The translations under genes were made by a program, and so were the position numbers. From Marsupella aquatica (Eukaryota; Plantae; Marchantiophyta): a stretch of DNA of 64,000 bases. Under the pieces are notes generated by a model, which saw only the letters and a list, made by a program, of their open reading frames with translations, made no database searches and was not told where the DNA came from. The DNA lies in assembly GCA_973895155.1 (NCBI GenBank), contig OZ316899.1, positions 3,369,455 to 3,433,454 of the forward strand. The letters run 5' to 3'. Within the stretch, counting starts at the first letter, position 1, and every line of letters starts with the position of its first letter. Positions 34,601 to 49,100 of the stretch are shown piece by piece.

Positions 34601-37349
34601 TTCTTCAAACTGTCAATCTGGTTCCGGAGTCGTGTAATCTCGGCCTCGTTCCCAGCTTTGGCCTGTTCGGCTAGGGCGGTAAGAGCGTGCGCCTTTGCTA
34701 ACAACTCATCGGCGGCTGCAACCTTGGGTCGTAGTTGCAGAAGCTCAGCCTCTTGAGCTGCAACTTCGTTCTTTAGGTACACGGACTCCACCCGGTACCG
34801 CTCTATCCTCTGAAGGGCCTCTGACTGGGCCCGACCTGCCTTTACTGCGGCAACCAACTCCTGATTGAAGAAACAGGCTACCTTCCGGGCCATGAACTCC
34901 CTGGTATCCCGGGCAATTTGATGAGAGAAATCTCCCAGAAGCCCGTTCAGAAATGTACCCGGTACGAAGAGTTCCGGGTGGTCCAGGTTGTGCCTGTCCG
35001 GAGTTGGGCACGGGCAGACGTCAACACGCGCGGGGGCCGGGGCAGTGACGTCCAGCCCTGGGGACGTAACGTTGGAAGGGGCTGGAGTGTCCTCCTGCAG
35101 CAATGTCTGGTTCTCCGGAATAGTCACCGGTGGGTCTTTGGGAGACCCGGGCTCGGGTAAGACCTTCGCCGTACCGACTTCTGTACTTAGCTCGGCTTGT
35201 TGGGTTGCATCAACGGTTGCGACAACCGACCCATCCGGTACCTCCTTGGTTACGACTACAGCTACTTGTGGAGGTGGGGTGGGTGAAGCTGGCGTGTCTG
35301 CTGGACTTCGGGCCTCGGGTTGGGGCCGTCTCTCCAAGGCCGGGAAAACCCACCTAGCTGGGACCAGCTTTGTAACATTGACACGGGGAAGGGTTCGTCG
35401 ATCAAACCGGGCGTACCACTCAAGAATGATCTCGATGTGGCTAGCGAAATACGCCTTCCCGCCAATGTACAACGTCTTCCTTCGCCGCTCCATCTCTTCA
35501 TGGAATTTCTTAGCGAAGTATGACGCCCACTTCCTAGGTCGATAGTTCTCGACCTGGATAACTTGGGCGGCGGAGATCTCCCCCCGGGGTTCCATCATGT
35601 GGAGGGCGTACCTCTGGAACTCCAGTCGCTCAGCTATCTCGGGGATGAGGCAGGTCTTCATCACGAACCCGTTGTCCACTGCTCCCTCTGAGGGAAAACT
35701 TGAAGATTGGTACTTGGCTCCCTTGCCCCCGGGAGCCCGTGATTCGACTCGATGGTCACCTTCGGGTAACCCGAAGATCATCCTGAGCCGTTCTTCCGTG
35801 AGGGACATACTCCTTCCCCGCAGCCGAGTATGTTGACGTGCGTCGTCATAATTCCTGACGAACTCCGTCATGTCCTCCCCGTAGTACCTGCAAGTGTTCC
35901 AGGGGAGGGAGGCGAGGTGCTCGAATCCCTGAGTCTTCAGGTACACCGCATGCTTGGGATGGAGGATGTTTTTGTGAACGTTTTCCCCCATGCGGTGCAT
36001 CGTCATCTTGGCTACGGCTACCTGGCCAATGGTAACCCGGATGCAGTGGTGGATTCCTTCCTCTTCTTCCCCCATGACTGGCTCGGGGAAGGTGACACTT
36101 CCCCATCCTCCCGACCGGGCCTCGGTAGTGCCACTGCCGTTAGTAACGGGCCCGGGGCGGCCATGGTCACCATGTTGTCTGCCGGGGCCGCTCCTGGTGT
36201 CAGAGCAGGGGGTGGGGACGATATAGTGTCGGCCCCCTGAGCGCTTGTTCCTCTGGGCCGCCTGGTCAAGGGTGGGGTAGCCTCGTCGTCATCGCTAAGA
36301 TCCACGGCGTTGATGATGGAGCGTACTTGTGCTGGCTGGGCGATCGGTGGTGGGGTTTGGCTAGGCTGCGGCTAAGGCTGAAGCTGAAGCTGAGCCTGAG
36401 GTTGCATGGGTACGGGTACGGGTATGGGTACGGGTACGGGTTCGACTGAGTTGGTCATGTTGGTTGATGGTCGAGTTCCCATGAAGCTCTGTAGGTGCTG
36501 GTAGAAGTTCTCCGAAGCGAGTGCAGACGACCTTGTCGAATGGGTAGTGCTGGACTCGCTGTTGATGATAGCCCAAACCTGAGTAGGGATGTGGTCGAAG
36601 TGATGTCGTTACAAGTCGATCGTACCCGAGATATTGAAGACCTCGTCCGGAAGCCGAAGCAATGCTTCCCAGGAACCGATATATTTGTCTCCGTTGAAGA
36701 AGTACCCAGATACTTCTGCTGGTCGATAAAGCTCGCTCTGAGACGGGTAGTCAAAGTTAAGGATGTAGTGGTGTCGTCCTGCTAGGCGGATGGCTCTCTT
36801 GTACTCGCGTTTGATTTCGTATCGGCGCGGGTTGGCGTGTTTTAATGAGTCGGCCAAGTGCCTTCCGGTAGATAGGAACTGCGTCCAGAATCAAATGGCC
36901 GAGCTGGAGAGGATCGTGTGCGACATTCAGAGGAGATAGTAGTGGCGACTTAGAGCGAACGAGAGAGCTGGGGTCGAAGCTGGCGCGTGGACTGATGGAC
37001 TGGTGCACTACAAAGGGTTGGCTCCCCTTTTATACCTTGAGGGCTTGTCAATCCCCCGACGTCTCCTCGACGCCCATAGGCTGAACCGCTCACGCTTGTG
37101 GTGTACCGGCCACTCCGCCGGTCTGAGTCAGCGCGTGTCAGTGGCCGCTTCTTAAGTACATTATACGGACCCGAGGGAGGGGCCCCTCCACGCTCGTAAC
37201 CCAGGTGTGCGAATAGCGACCCGCCGCCAGTCCGAACCTGAATTCCCCCTTATTGCCTAATGATGTCCTACCCATAATGATTACCTAAATACTGTCGTTA
37301 TGCTAATAATAGCGGCCTAAGACACTCCTAACGCGCGTGCTAAGCGCAG
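31605..37349 (+). repeat. Duplicated block, copy 1 (5.75 kb; partner 44368-50118)
   Basis: Near-identical over the 1.8-kb unique flank plus the B solo LTR with the same CCGCC junction. Only scattered substitutions and microsatellite length changes. Confidence 0.93.
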
Positions 37350-37392
37350 TTAGACCGAATCACTCATTAACCGCCGTACCGGTGGCGTCACA
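33376..37392 (-). mobile_element. Family-B solo LTR (4017 bp)
   Basis: TG..CA ends matching 19566-23570 in reverse. TSD CCGCC at 33371-33375 and 37393-37397. Confidence 0.93.
34273..36926 (-). pseudogene. Family-B LTR-encoded ORF (C-terminal about 580 codons open; stops and frameshift in the 5' part)
   Basis: ORF 34273-36075 contains the PMD-like core and coiled coil uninterrupted. Upstream pieces match 20033-21043. Confidence 0.85.
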
Positions 37393-38998
37393 CCGCCCCA
37401 AAAAACGGGACTTGGGGTCTTACCCTAAAAATAAAAAAGCACCGCTTATCCTACCCTGATTACTTAGGCAAAGCACCCCGGGGGTATTCTATGCTACAAA
37501 ACAGTCTTCAGTCACTAAACAGTGCTTACACTATACGAAGATCCTAAATGCTCTGGCTGCTTTACGAACCATGCTCTGGCAGAGCTACGCACAACACTCT
37601 GCAACCTAAAGGGAATCGTGGCTCCATACTGAGCACTACTCGTGGGAGGGGACAACAGCATTTGTGCAAGCTCTGACCTGTATACCATGGGCAACAAAAA
37701 CAAAAAGGTGATATGACTTGAGGCATAAGATGGTCATTTTTTCGTTCATCTTACAACTTGATTTCTTATGGTAATCGTTTAGAATATGGCCAATGCCTAA
37801 AAATGGTGATGTGACTCTTTTTTTCCTAGACCATGTCTCCCCGTAGCCGTCTGGACAATGCTACAGAAACATGGAACATGAAATCACGACATTTACGTCT
37901 AATTTCTGCCCAGTGATGGGGGCTGAATGAAGGCACCGGGTATGTGGATCATCTCGGTCACATGATCCCTAGGGAAAAAGTATGGCCTATGCTCTGTGTC
38001 TATGACCTGACATTTGAGTAAGCTGTCCGTCGCACTGCAATCTCAATACAGTTGATTGCAATAGGATATCGTCTTATAGTTAGGCGCAGTTCAAACTAAC
38101 CCTCTGTCGCTGAAGACATCGACACTATTTTTCTTTAATGGTGCTATGCAAAATCTATTGTCTTATGCACATAAAGTTATATGCGCTAACAAGAAACTTA
38201 CGGAGCAACCGTCTCCATAAGTGTATGGGTTGTATTTATGGATCTATGATATAGATATATTTATTTATAAGGATATTTACATTGGTAACAATCGGACCCA
38301 ATATTTACCGGGGTGTGATGGTATGTGTATACATATGTTTTTAGATCTGTGTGTGTGTGTGTGTATCTCGAGAGTAACATGGAAGACGAATGATTGCAAC
38401 CATCACAAAAAGAAATGGGATGCAAATATAAGCCTGGACAAGTTCCCATGGAGGACATAACCCCCGTAACACTCCAAACCATACACAACAATATTGGTTT
38501 ATATAAAGTAACCTAGACTATCGGAGTAGAACCCACAAACCTAGACGCCCATGTTTGGCAATGGTAAAATACCCTAATAACGCCGCCAAAACTACGGCAT
38601 GGCCATTCTTACTACTCTGGATTGTGCTACTTGTCTCCTAATTCCCATTTTATATTGAGCAAGATACCACACACAAAAGATTTGACAGTGCATACACACT
38701 GAAACAAGCTCGTGCCAGCTCTGGCAAGGATCAATTTCAGCCTGCGGCAACTCGTGGGGGCAACCTATACACAGATTGTGAGGGAGAAAAGTTGTTGGTT
38801 GTGCAAGAATCACTGGAATCCAATGGGTGATAAAAATAAACAAGTATATTACATGACTCTGCATGATAAAACAGTCATATCCATTGCTTTCAAACTTTTT
38901 TAGCATTGCTTATAATATAATCGCTCCAGTAAATTGGATGCTTAGGATGAAGTGACTAATCTATCCCTAGCCCATGTCTCCCCGTAGCTATCCAAACG

Positions 38999-40992
38999 TG
39001 TGATGCCTAGACAGGAATCACTTGGCCAGTTAAGTGGGTAAAGCAGGAAGGCACCCTAGGAACACCTTAGTATAGGGACAAAACAAGGAAAATATAAACA
39101 ATTAGGGGCAACCATGGAACCCGGGCCGAGGCCGGAGGTAAGGACGCTGAGGGTGAAAACTCGATTAGGGTTAGGGCACGTTAAGCATCGGCGGCTAGGA
39201 AGGATCAACGGGAAGAAGGACCGGCAGAGGAGAGGGGTAAGGAGCGCTTGCAGGAGATGGTGGCTCATTTGCGAGCACGAACTAGGCAGACGACTACGGG
39301 AGGCCAACTACTGTCAGCTGCTTACGCAAGCACTCGGGGAGAGAGTAGATACCGACGATCGACCTAAGGAGGGTATGAGCAACGTCAATCAAGCGGCACA
39401 TTTCTGGGGATGCCTGTTCGAACGGGCAACTGAGTACATCAAGACTTACGAGGACGAGGAATCAGAAAGGGCAGCTCGAGAACGGCAGGAGCTCGCTCGA
39501 TTGTGGGAGCTGCAGAAGACGGCTTTCTTAGGAGGCGAACTCATCAAGGACGAGTTCCTGTGGACGCCTACTTCCAATCAACTCGACGATCTTCTGTTTT
39601 GCAAAGACAGCGTCGTCGGCATCCGAGAGGCCATCAAGAACTGCAATGACATACACTGGGAATTAAAGGGTAGCACGGAAAGGTGGACCCAAGCAACGGT
39701 GCTAGGAGAAACCTCCACGGCAGCAGAGATGAAGAGGAAGGGAGCCGTCAACGATGAAGCCACCCCGGCAAAAAGAACGAGGTCGGCGGCACCAAAGAAG
39801 CCAGCCGGGCAGTAGAGCAGGAGGCAGGGAGAAGCCGAAGAGGAGGAGGTCGATCCCATCAAGGCCATTCCAACCAGGGATGACACCTGGAAGGGCTGGG
39901 CGGCAACCCTACCGGTGGAGGTGCAACTACATTTTGCACGGGAGGAGGATGCATGCTTTACGGCCATGCAGACCAAGAAGTACCAAGGCTTCATGGCCGG
40001 ATCCGGCTTAGAGGCCTTTGTAAGATTACCATGGCTGAAGCCGGAGGTACCCGAGTCAGACCTATTAGAATTCGTGGGGTCATGGGAACCCGAGACCAAT
40101 TGCACGAGGATATATGGGAAGGATTTCTATCTTACTCCCAAGGTAATTGCCAAAGTGTTTGGCTTGCCGATAGGCAATAAGACCAAAGTTGATACCAGGA
40201 AGACCTTGCCTGACAAGGAGTTCCGGTCGTTCCCCGGGCCATCAACGAAGAATGGCTTCTTCCGGAACACCTGCACCAACCCGCACATAGGAGAGATGAT
40301 CGACTTCTTGCGGGTGACCATGCATTGTAACTTGCCGAGGGCAGAGATCGGCAAGGCACAGGTCTATCTGGCAGAGAGGCCAGACCCAAGCCGGGACTAC
40401 AACGGGTACCTCCTCAACCAATTGAAGAAGATCTTAAAGGAGGAGCAGCAGGTAATCGGCATGGGGAGCGTGTCGCGGCTTGGCTATCACATGCCGTTGT
40501 TGTGCCGGTATGCCAGAGGTCAGACTTTTGCCCCAGTACTTCCCCTGCAGGTAAGGGCACCCGAGGAAGCTCCAACGCCGAGGCCGTTGGCTGAGAAGCC
40601 TCAACCACCTGTTAGCCCTACGATCGAGCAGGTGTTTAGGCCCAGGAAGGAGGACTTGCCGATGCAGCAACCAGGCATGCAGAGTCTGCTGAAACTACTG
40701 GAGAAAGAAAAGAGATCGGCATCGGCAACAACAACGGCAACGGCAACAATGCAGGACACTACTACAGAGGTAGGCCTACACCGGCTCACAAGAGAAAACC
40801 CCTTTGCTGGAGACAAGGAGAGAATCAGGCCGGAATCCAAGCCAGGTGTTCGAATGTATGTGGGAATCTCAAGCTCCGAATCTGAGGCAGAATTGCCTGA
40901 AGCTCCTACCGACGAAGAGGAGAGGGAGAAGCCGGACGTCCAAGAAGTAGAGGAGGCAGTGGAGGACTGCAGCCATGATAATTCCGGCTATG
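38999..40992 (+). mobile_element. Family-A LTR, 3'-truncated (1994 bp)
   Basis: Starts TGTGATGCCTAG and is nearly identical to 50119 onward until ...ATTCCGGCTATG. One TAG at 39813 in the ORF. Confidence 0.92.
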
Positions 40993-41162
40993 TCCAAGTC
41001 CTTAGTGTGTGCCCCCAGCTTGGCTCCTTGCCTCGCTAGTGCCACGTCTCATTGCCCACAAGTCTCCCCATGCTAAGTCCTCCCCGGATGGCCTATAAGG
41101 GAGCTCGGCGTTGGAGTCAGCGATGCCGGAGCTAAGTGTTAAGGTAGTCGAGTTCCGCGACT
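40993..41162. repeat. About 170-bp filler homologous to element C (about 44040-44225)
   Basis: Shares CAGCTTGGCTCCTTGCCT...ATTGCCCACAAGTCTCCCC...CTAAGTGTTAAGGTAGTCGAGTTCCG with mismatches and a deletion. Confidence 0.85.
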
Positions 41163-43868
41163 GGTATCCAGTTGGCCCTACATGATGTTTAGCTCATGCC
41201 GCTTAATCCGCAGCTCATCTTGGGCTTTCTTGGCCGCCTTCAGGTCCTCTGCCTTGGCTTCCTTCTCTCTAAGCCGTCGGATGACCTCGTCCTTCTTTCT
41301 TCTTTCCAAAGCCACTGCTTCTTCCAATCGGCATTTTTCCAACATCTCTCTCTGGAAAAGAGGTCCGTGCTCCAACTCCTCCCCAAAGATGTTGAGCACA
41401 AGTTCCCCACACATCTCCCAGTACTCCACCGCTCTTTCTTTAGCATAGGTGAGTAGTAGTCATCGGCATCAACCACCGCGGCCTTTGTTCCCAAGCCGCC
41501 TTCCTTATTTCTTCTATCGTGGCTGGAGGGCTGTCCCGTCTTTCTGCAAGTCGCCGGATGTCCTCTGGCCACTCCTCCCCAGGTAAATCCTTCTCCCTAG
41601 CCAAGGCTGCCTCTTTTTCTTCCCTGAGTCGCTCCTGAAACTCCTGTGCCATCTGTTTTATCCCGTCAAAGCTCGGGGGAGCAACATCTGGTGGGGGAGA
41701 CTCCGGGCTGCTCTGCTGGATGGGATCCCCTTAAACTACCCTTGGAAGCGTGGGGATGAAACGGCCACAGGTCCTTACTCCTGGGACACGATGGTCCGAC
41801 CCATAGCCAGAGTCATTATTGCCATAGTCCTCCCCCACCTCCCCGGCTTCCACTACCGATTCCCCCCGCTGCTCTCCTTGTCTTGCTGTGAACATGGCCT
41901 CTTGCCGATCATCACTCACAGGTCCTAGTTCCTCCTCCGGCTTCCAGGCTGTCTTCTCCCTCTGTTTACCGCAAACAGGAGCTTTAGGCTGCTCTTCCTC
42001 GACTTTGGGACTCGAGGCTCCTACATACATTTGTACTCCCAGCTTGTGTTCCGGCCTCCTTCTTTCCTTGGCTCCGGTAAAGGGGTTTTCCCTCATGAGT
42101 CGGCTTAGGCCAACTTTTGGGGCAGTGTCCTGTACCGTTGCCGTTGCCGTCCTCTTCTCCTTCTCCAGCAATTTCAGCAAATTTTGCATGCCTGGTTGCT
42201 GCATCGGCAAGTCTTCTGTCCTTGGCCTAAACACCTGCTCGATTGTAGGACTGTCGGGTTGGTTGGATTTCTCTGTTGCCGGCCTCTATTTTGGAACCTC
42301 CTCTGGTGCCCTTGCCTGCAGGGGAAGTACCGGGCAAAGATCTGACTCCGAGCATACCGGCACAACAGCGGCATGTGATAGCCAAATCGGGATACGCTTC
42401 CCTTGCCGATCACCTGTTGTTCCTCCTTCAATGTCTTCTTCAGTTGGGTGAGGAGGTACCCGTTGTAATCCCGGCTTGGGTCTGGCCTCTCCGCCAGGTA
42501 GACCTGTGCCTTGCAAATCTCTGGCCTTGGCAAGTTACAATGCATGGTTACCCGCAAGAAATTGATCATCTCTCCGATGTGCGGGTTGGTGCAGGTGTTC
42601 CGAAAGAAGCCATTCTTCGTTGATGGCCCTGGGAACAACCAGAACTCCTTGTCAAGCAAAGTCTTCCTGGTCTCAACTTTGGTCTTATTGCCTATTGGCA
42701 AGCCAAACGCTTCGGCAATCATCCAGGGAGTGAGATATAAATCCTTCCCATACACCCTTGTGGAATTGGTCTCGAGCTCCCATGATCCCACAAATTCTAA
42801 TAAGTCTGAATCCGTCACCTCCAGCTTCAGCCATGGTAATTTTACAAAGGTTTCCAAGCCGGATCCGGCCAAGAAGCCCTGGTACTTCTGAGTCTGCATA
42901 GTCATAAAGCATGCATCCTCTTCACATGCAAAGTATAATGCCACTTCCTTGGGGAGGGTCGCCGCCCAGCCTTTCCAGGTGTCATCCCTTGTTGGAATGG
43001 CATTGATGGGGTCGACGTCCTCTTCTTTGGCTTCTTCTTGCCTCTTGCTTCCCTGCTTGGCTGGCTTCCTTGGTGCCGCCGACCTTGTTCTTTTTGCAGG
43101 GGTGGCTTCTTCATTGTTGTTCCCTTTCCTCTTCATAGCGGCTGCCATGGATGTTTCTCCGAGCATGGTTGCCTTCGTCCACCCCTTCGTGCTACCCTTC
43201 AACTCCCAGTGTATGTCGTTGCAGTGGTTGATGGCTTCCCGGATGCCGACGATTCTGTTCTTGCAAAACAGAAGTCGTCTAGCTCATCGCCAGTAGGTGT
43301 CCATAGGAATTCAGCCTAGATGAGTTCTCCTCCTAAGAAGGCAGACTTCTGTAGCTCCCACAGTCAAGCGAGCTCCTGCCATTCTCAAGCTGCTCTTTCT
43401 GATTCTTCATCCTCGTAGGTCCCATGTACTCAGTTGCCCGTTCAAACAGGCATCCCCAAAAATGAGCAGCTTGATTGACGTTGCTCATACCCTTCTTGAG
43501 TTGATAGTCGGTATCTGCTCCTGCTCGGAGTGTTTGCCTAAGCAGCTGACAGTAGTTGGCTTCACGTAGTTATCTTCTTCTTAGTTTGTGCTTGCAAAAT
43601 GAGCCACCATTCCTTGCGATCGGTCCTTACCCCCCTCTTGTTGGTCTTCCTTCCCGTTGGTTACCCATAGCCGCCGACACTTAGCGTGCCCTAACCCTAA
43701 TCGTGTTCCTTCCCCTGGCGTCCTTACTTCCGGCCTCGGCTCGGGTTCCATAGTCACCCTTAATTGTTTATATTTTCCTTGTTTTTGTTACTATACTAAT
43801 GTGTTTCTAGGGTACACTCCTGATTTTACCATTTAAACTGGCCTAGTGATTCCTGGCTAGGCATCACA
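41163..43868 (-). mobile_element. Family-A LTR (different subfamily), 3'-truncated
   Basis: Reverse complement starts TGTGATGCCTAGCCAGG at 43868. ORF pieces 42174-43202, 41731-42234, 41440-41652 and 41178-41429 match the A ORF. Confidence 0.92.
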
Positions 43869-44361
43869 GGGCCATAACTCACGCCCCAAGAGTCCGTTGC
43901 CCATGGCGTCACTCCATTGGCCTTGGGCCCATGAGGAGCTCACACTCAAGTCCTCATAACTCAAAGTCCGTCTGGGGGCCCCGAATGGTCGACCTTGAGT
44001 CCGGCCCCTTTCCCCTTGACCCGACCAGCTCTCAGCTCGCCTAAGTCCGTAGTGTGTGTCACCAGCTTGGCTCCTTGCCTTCGCCAGTGCCGCGTCTCAT
44101 TGCCCACAAGTCTCCCCGTGCTAAGTCCTCCCCGGATGGCCTATTCGGGCCTGGACCAAAAGGGAGCTTGGCGTCGGAGTCAACAACGCCGAGTCTAAGT
44201 GTTAAGGTAGTCGAGTTCCGTGATTGGGCCGCAACTCATACCAAAGTGGATCCTCCCCTAAACTACTACTACCAGACACCAACTCCGCAGCTCCCTTGCC
44301 TCTACTCCTGGGGACTACATCTCTAGTGCCACTGGGTCCCCTAGCGGCATCCCTCTTGACA
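43869..44361 (-). mobile_element. 5' part of a third LTR-like element (C), interrupted by LTR-A
   Basis: Reverse complement begins TGTCAAGAGGG at 44361. Part of it recurs as the 40993 filler, so it is a repeat family. Confidence 0.5.
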
Positions 44362-46128
44362 CGGCTCCTCCTCCTCTCTCTATGTCTCTCCCTCCCTCCC
44401 TCCCTCCCTCTCTCTCTCTCTCTCTCTCTCTGGAGAAGTAAAGATATGGCACGACTAACATCTACCAAGTAGACTGTACATACCTAACCATAGGCGAGGG
44501 AATCTTTGCTACCATAACCACTAGGCACATAAAGTCCCTTTTATGTAATGATGATTATATAATACAAAAATGGTTACACTATACGTAGAATACAACAAGC
44601 ATTAAATAGGTAATACTAATTTATGCCAGTGTAAACTACTGTACCTAAATATTCTTTAAATAGTTGCAACTACCCTTGACCTACCACCCACCTGACGGCA
44701 ACCCTAAAAATTTAAGCACCATTTTTCTTAAGACCTAAAACAAAAATTGGGGCCTTGAGGTCCCCTCCTGCCACTTGACCAAAGTTATATGCCGTAAGAA
44801 CCCCAGTGTCCACCACACTCTATGAAGCTTTTGATATTCCTGAAAAGTTCAAGCATGCGCGACAGTGTCCTGATAGTCTGTGCCTGGCTTACTGGCAAGA
44901 ACTCTGTCCCATAGACTTTTCATGACCAATGAGATAGCAGTCCATAGTCAAGGATAGCAAGTTGGCACAAGGGAGACCGTGTACAATGTGGAGTCAGCAC
45001 TTACCACCGTGGGAAGGAGCACAGCAACAATAGCACCAGGACTCTGCACCTTTTTTCTCATGGCACAGCCCCAATAGGTATGGCAGCTACACTTAAAGCT
45101 TTGATCTTAGACATTTTTTGTCTCGTTCCATTGCTAGTCCAGAGGTAATACACGTCTCCCCGTTGCCACCACGGCTACTGGCAGCAGAAACGTGTAGCAG
45201 GAATCACAGTTTAAAACTTGGTTCACCCTAAGGATGGGGGCTGAAAGACGACCTTACGGGAGCATTATGTGTTGTCTCACCCATTTTTCACTCTGGATGA
45301 GGGTCCACTTCATACTGCTTGAGTCACAGTACTGATGCACTGCTTGGAGACATTGCACTTATTTGTATATAAGGGCTCTTAGAAGAAATACTAACATGCT
45401 CATCCTGTATGCTCTGTCTTACTAATGTGGGCCCTGTGATACTGTCTATAACAAGGATACTCACATCAAGCAACCGGGACAAACAAGCCAATATTCCATA
45501 AGATTGCTTTATGTTTGTGATACAGGGGATATATGCTTTGCTAGATACTGTACACTGGCATGGCTAAGTAGAGTGGCTAGAATATATATTTTTTATTGTT
45601 CCCTGGACCCCACATTAGCGCAGTATGAATGTACATGAATAAAGAAAAGAAAAGATAATTATACATCGTGAAAGCGTTTCCCAACAAGATCTTCAACTTT
45701 TATATGCTTTCGTTATTTCCTGTCCTCATAAGTCATGTGCCGCTTCACTACCTATCATGTTGTACAATGCTTTACCGTGTAGTCTACCTGGATATGAATG
45801 GTAAGGTGGATATCTGCGTAAAAACTCTGCCCCACAATTTTCATAGTGATGTAATGGTGCGTCTATATCTTATGAACACTTTGCTTTGTTCATGGCCTTG
45901 ACTGGGTGTTCTACAATTATAAATTACATCTCTCTCTCTCTCTCTCTCTCTCTTTGTATCATAAGAGGAACATGGTCGATATAGGGGAATAAAGCCAGCA
46001 TAATGGATAACCCAATCTCGGGCATCCTCAATCCTAGGAGGGACTAACCCCCAGACCAATATAACACATGAAACTTTACATTTGTCAATATTTCAGAGGT
46101 ATCGGGGACCACCAAATAGGTGGCCGCC

Positions 46129-49100
46129 TGTCACATCGTCGGCTGCGGCCTTAACTCAGACTTCAGCTTAGACGGGCACATCCCTCGTAAATCTGAGGGT
46201 TCGGGCAGGAAGGGAAGCACGTAATGCACCTTATTCTCGTAAACTAGCGCTAAGTGCGCATACTGCTAAATACAGACACCTCCTAGGTATGGTTTGTGTT
46301 CCGCCGCCGCAACGTACCTTAGTTGATAGCAGGATCAACCCCGACTTAAGGGCTTCTAAGCCTTCGTGCTGTCCGCCTTCGATCCGGATTCGATGATACA
46401 GGTCCTCAACCCGTGCTCGCAACCACTTACCCGCAGGCTGCACCCTGTGCACGTCTCGGGTAGTGCGTTCGGCCTGGCGTTGCCACCCATATACGAGAAA
46501 CCCACACACATACACGCGCACATGCATACAATCTCGATTTACACGAAGGAAAATGATGGGAAAGGATTTTACTACAAAGGGAACATATGCGTACACTTAG
46601 TTGACCCGACAGCCCCGGAATGAACAGGTTCAAGGCCAAGGGTGCACACTACAACGGAGCCCGGCTCCGCACTCGCCCGACGAGCTTAGTCCTACCCCCT
46701 CCCCTTGGTACTCTTTCATTCCCAGAGGTCGGGACTCCCCGCACATACCGCGGACGTCCAACTCTACAACTAAAAACCCCCCTGCCTCTACCGAGGGGTG
46801 CACTAAATACTAAGGGACGAGGGACGGGGTGTCCTCTCGCCGAAGATTTGCTGACTAAGGTCCTAACTAAGCTGACAGTCAGGCCGGAAAACGGCTGTGT
46901 CTTATTAGAAGATCCTAATCTACGCAGGCTGGACAGCATGGCAGCGCTGCTGTACCTAAGGCAGGTGCCTGTCCCAAGAGCCTGACTAAGCCAGTCCTAA
47001 TTCTAATCTATTCCTACTCCGTTGCTAATGCCTGGCACGCTTGCCAGAGCCGCCCGAATGGGAGCGGCCATCCCGCTGCCTTCGAAGCCTGTCATTGTCC
47101 GCCTTGAGGAGCTGGACCTGGTCCAGCAGAGATTCGTTCTCTTGCCTCGCCGCGTCCGTCTCCTCTGCTGCCTCCTGACATGCCTCCTCCAGCTGCTGGG
47201 CGTCGCTCGTCAGTTTACCCGCCAGCAAGTCCTACTTCCCGGCCTCGGTTTGGAGCCGCGCCACCTCGGCCTGCAGCGTGGCTATCTCTGCCGTGTCCCG
47301 CTGGGCCCGTTCCTCGGCCTCCTCCAGGTCTTTCTGCCAGGTGACGGTTTGATTCTTCAAACTGTCAATCTGGTTCCGGAGTCGTGTAATCTCGGCCTCG
47401 TTCCCAGCTTTGGCCTGTTCGGCTAGGGCGGTAAGAGCGTGCGCCTTTGCTAACAACTCATCGGCGGCTGCAACCTTGGGTTGTAGTTGGAGAAGCTCAG
47501 CCTCTTGAGCCGCAACTTCGTTCTTTAGGTACACGGACTCCACCCGGTACCGCTCTATCCTCTGAAGGGCCTCTGACTGGGCCCGACCTGCCTTTACTGC
47601 GACAACCAACTCCTGATTGAAGAAACAGGCTACCTTCCGGGCCATGAACTCCCCGGTATCCCGGGCAATTTGATGAGAGAAATCTCCCAGAAGCCCGTTC
47701 AGAAATGTACCCGGTACGAAGAGTTCCGGGTGGTCCAGGTTGTGCCTGTCCGGAGTTGGGCACGGGCAGACGTCAACACGCGCGGGGGCCGGGGCAGTGA
47801 CGTCCAGCCCTGGGGACGTAACGTTGGAAGGGGCTGGAGTGTCCTCCTGCAGCAATGTCCGGTTCTCCGGAATAGTCACCGGTGGGTCTTTGGGAGACCC
47901 GGGCTCGGGTAAGACCTTCACCGTACCGACTTCTGTACTTAGCTCGGCTTGTTGGGTTGCATCAACGGTTGCGACAACCGACCCATCCGGTACCTCCTTG
48001 GTTACGACTACAGCTACTTGTGGAGGTGGGGTGGGTGAAGCTGGCGTGTCTGCTGGACTTCGGGCCTCGGGTTGGGGCCGTCTCTCCAAGGCCGGGAAAA
48101 CCCACCTAGCTGGGACCAGCTTTGTAACGTTGACACGGGGAAGGGTTCGTCGATCAAACCGGGCGTACCACTCAAGAATGATCTCGATGTGGCTAGCGAA
48201 ATACATCTTCCCGCCAATGTATAGCGTCTTCCTTCGCCGCTCCATCTCTTCATGGAATTTCTTAGTGAAGTATGACGCCCACTTCCTAGGTCGATAGTTC
48301 TCGACCTGGATAACTTGGGCGGCGGAGATCTCCCCCCGGGGTTCCATCATGTGGAGGGCGTACCTCTGGAACTCCAGTCGCTCAGCTATCTCGGGGATGA
48401 GGCAGGTCTTCATCACGAACCCGTTGTCCACTGCTCCCTCTGAGGGAAAACTTGAAGATTGGTACTTGGCTCCCTTGCCCCCAGGAGCCCGTGATTCGAC
48501 TCGATGGTCACCTTCGGGTAACCCGAAGATCATCCTGAGCCGTTCTTCCGTGAGGGACATACTCCTTCCCCGCAGCCGAGTATGTTGACGTGCGTCGTCA
48601 TAATTCCTGACGAACTCCGTCATGTCCTCCCCGTAGTACCTGCAAGTGTTCCAGGGGAGGGAGGCGAGGTGCTCGAATCCCTGAGTCTTCAGGTACACCG
48701 CATGCTTGGGATGGAGGATGTTTTTGTGAACGTTTTCCCCCATGCGGTGCATCGTCATCTTGGCTACGGCTACCTGGCCAATGGTAACCCGGATGCAGTG
48801 GTGGATTCCTTCCTCTTCTTCCCCCATGACTGGCTCGGGGAAGGTGACACTTCCCCATCCTCCCGACCGGGCCTCGGTAGTGCCACTGCCGTTAGTAACG
48901 GGCCCGGGCGGCCATGGTCACCATGTTGTCTGCCGGGGCCGCTCCTGGGGTCAGAGCAGGGGGTGGGGACGATATAGTGTCGGCCCCCTGAGCGCTTGTT
49001 CCTCTGGGCTGCCTGGTCAAGGGTGGGGTAGCCTCGTCGTCATCGCTAAGATCCACGGCGTTGATGACGGAGCGTACTTGTGCTGGCTGGGCGATCGGTG

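Noticed and set aside
37398-38998. Host gene in the unique spacer (also 31700-33375)
   Set aside because: Only short ORFs without recognisable motifs or consistent splice structure.
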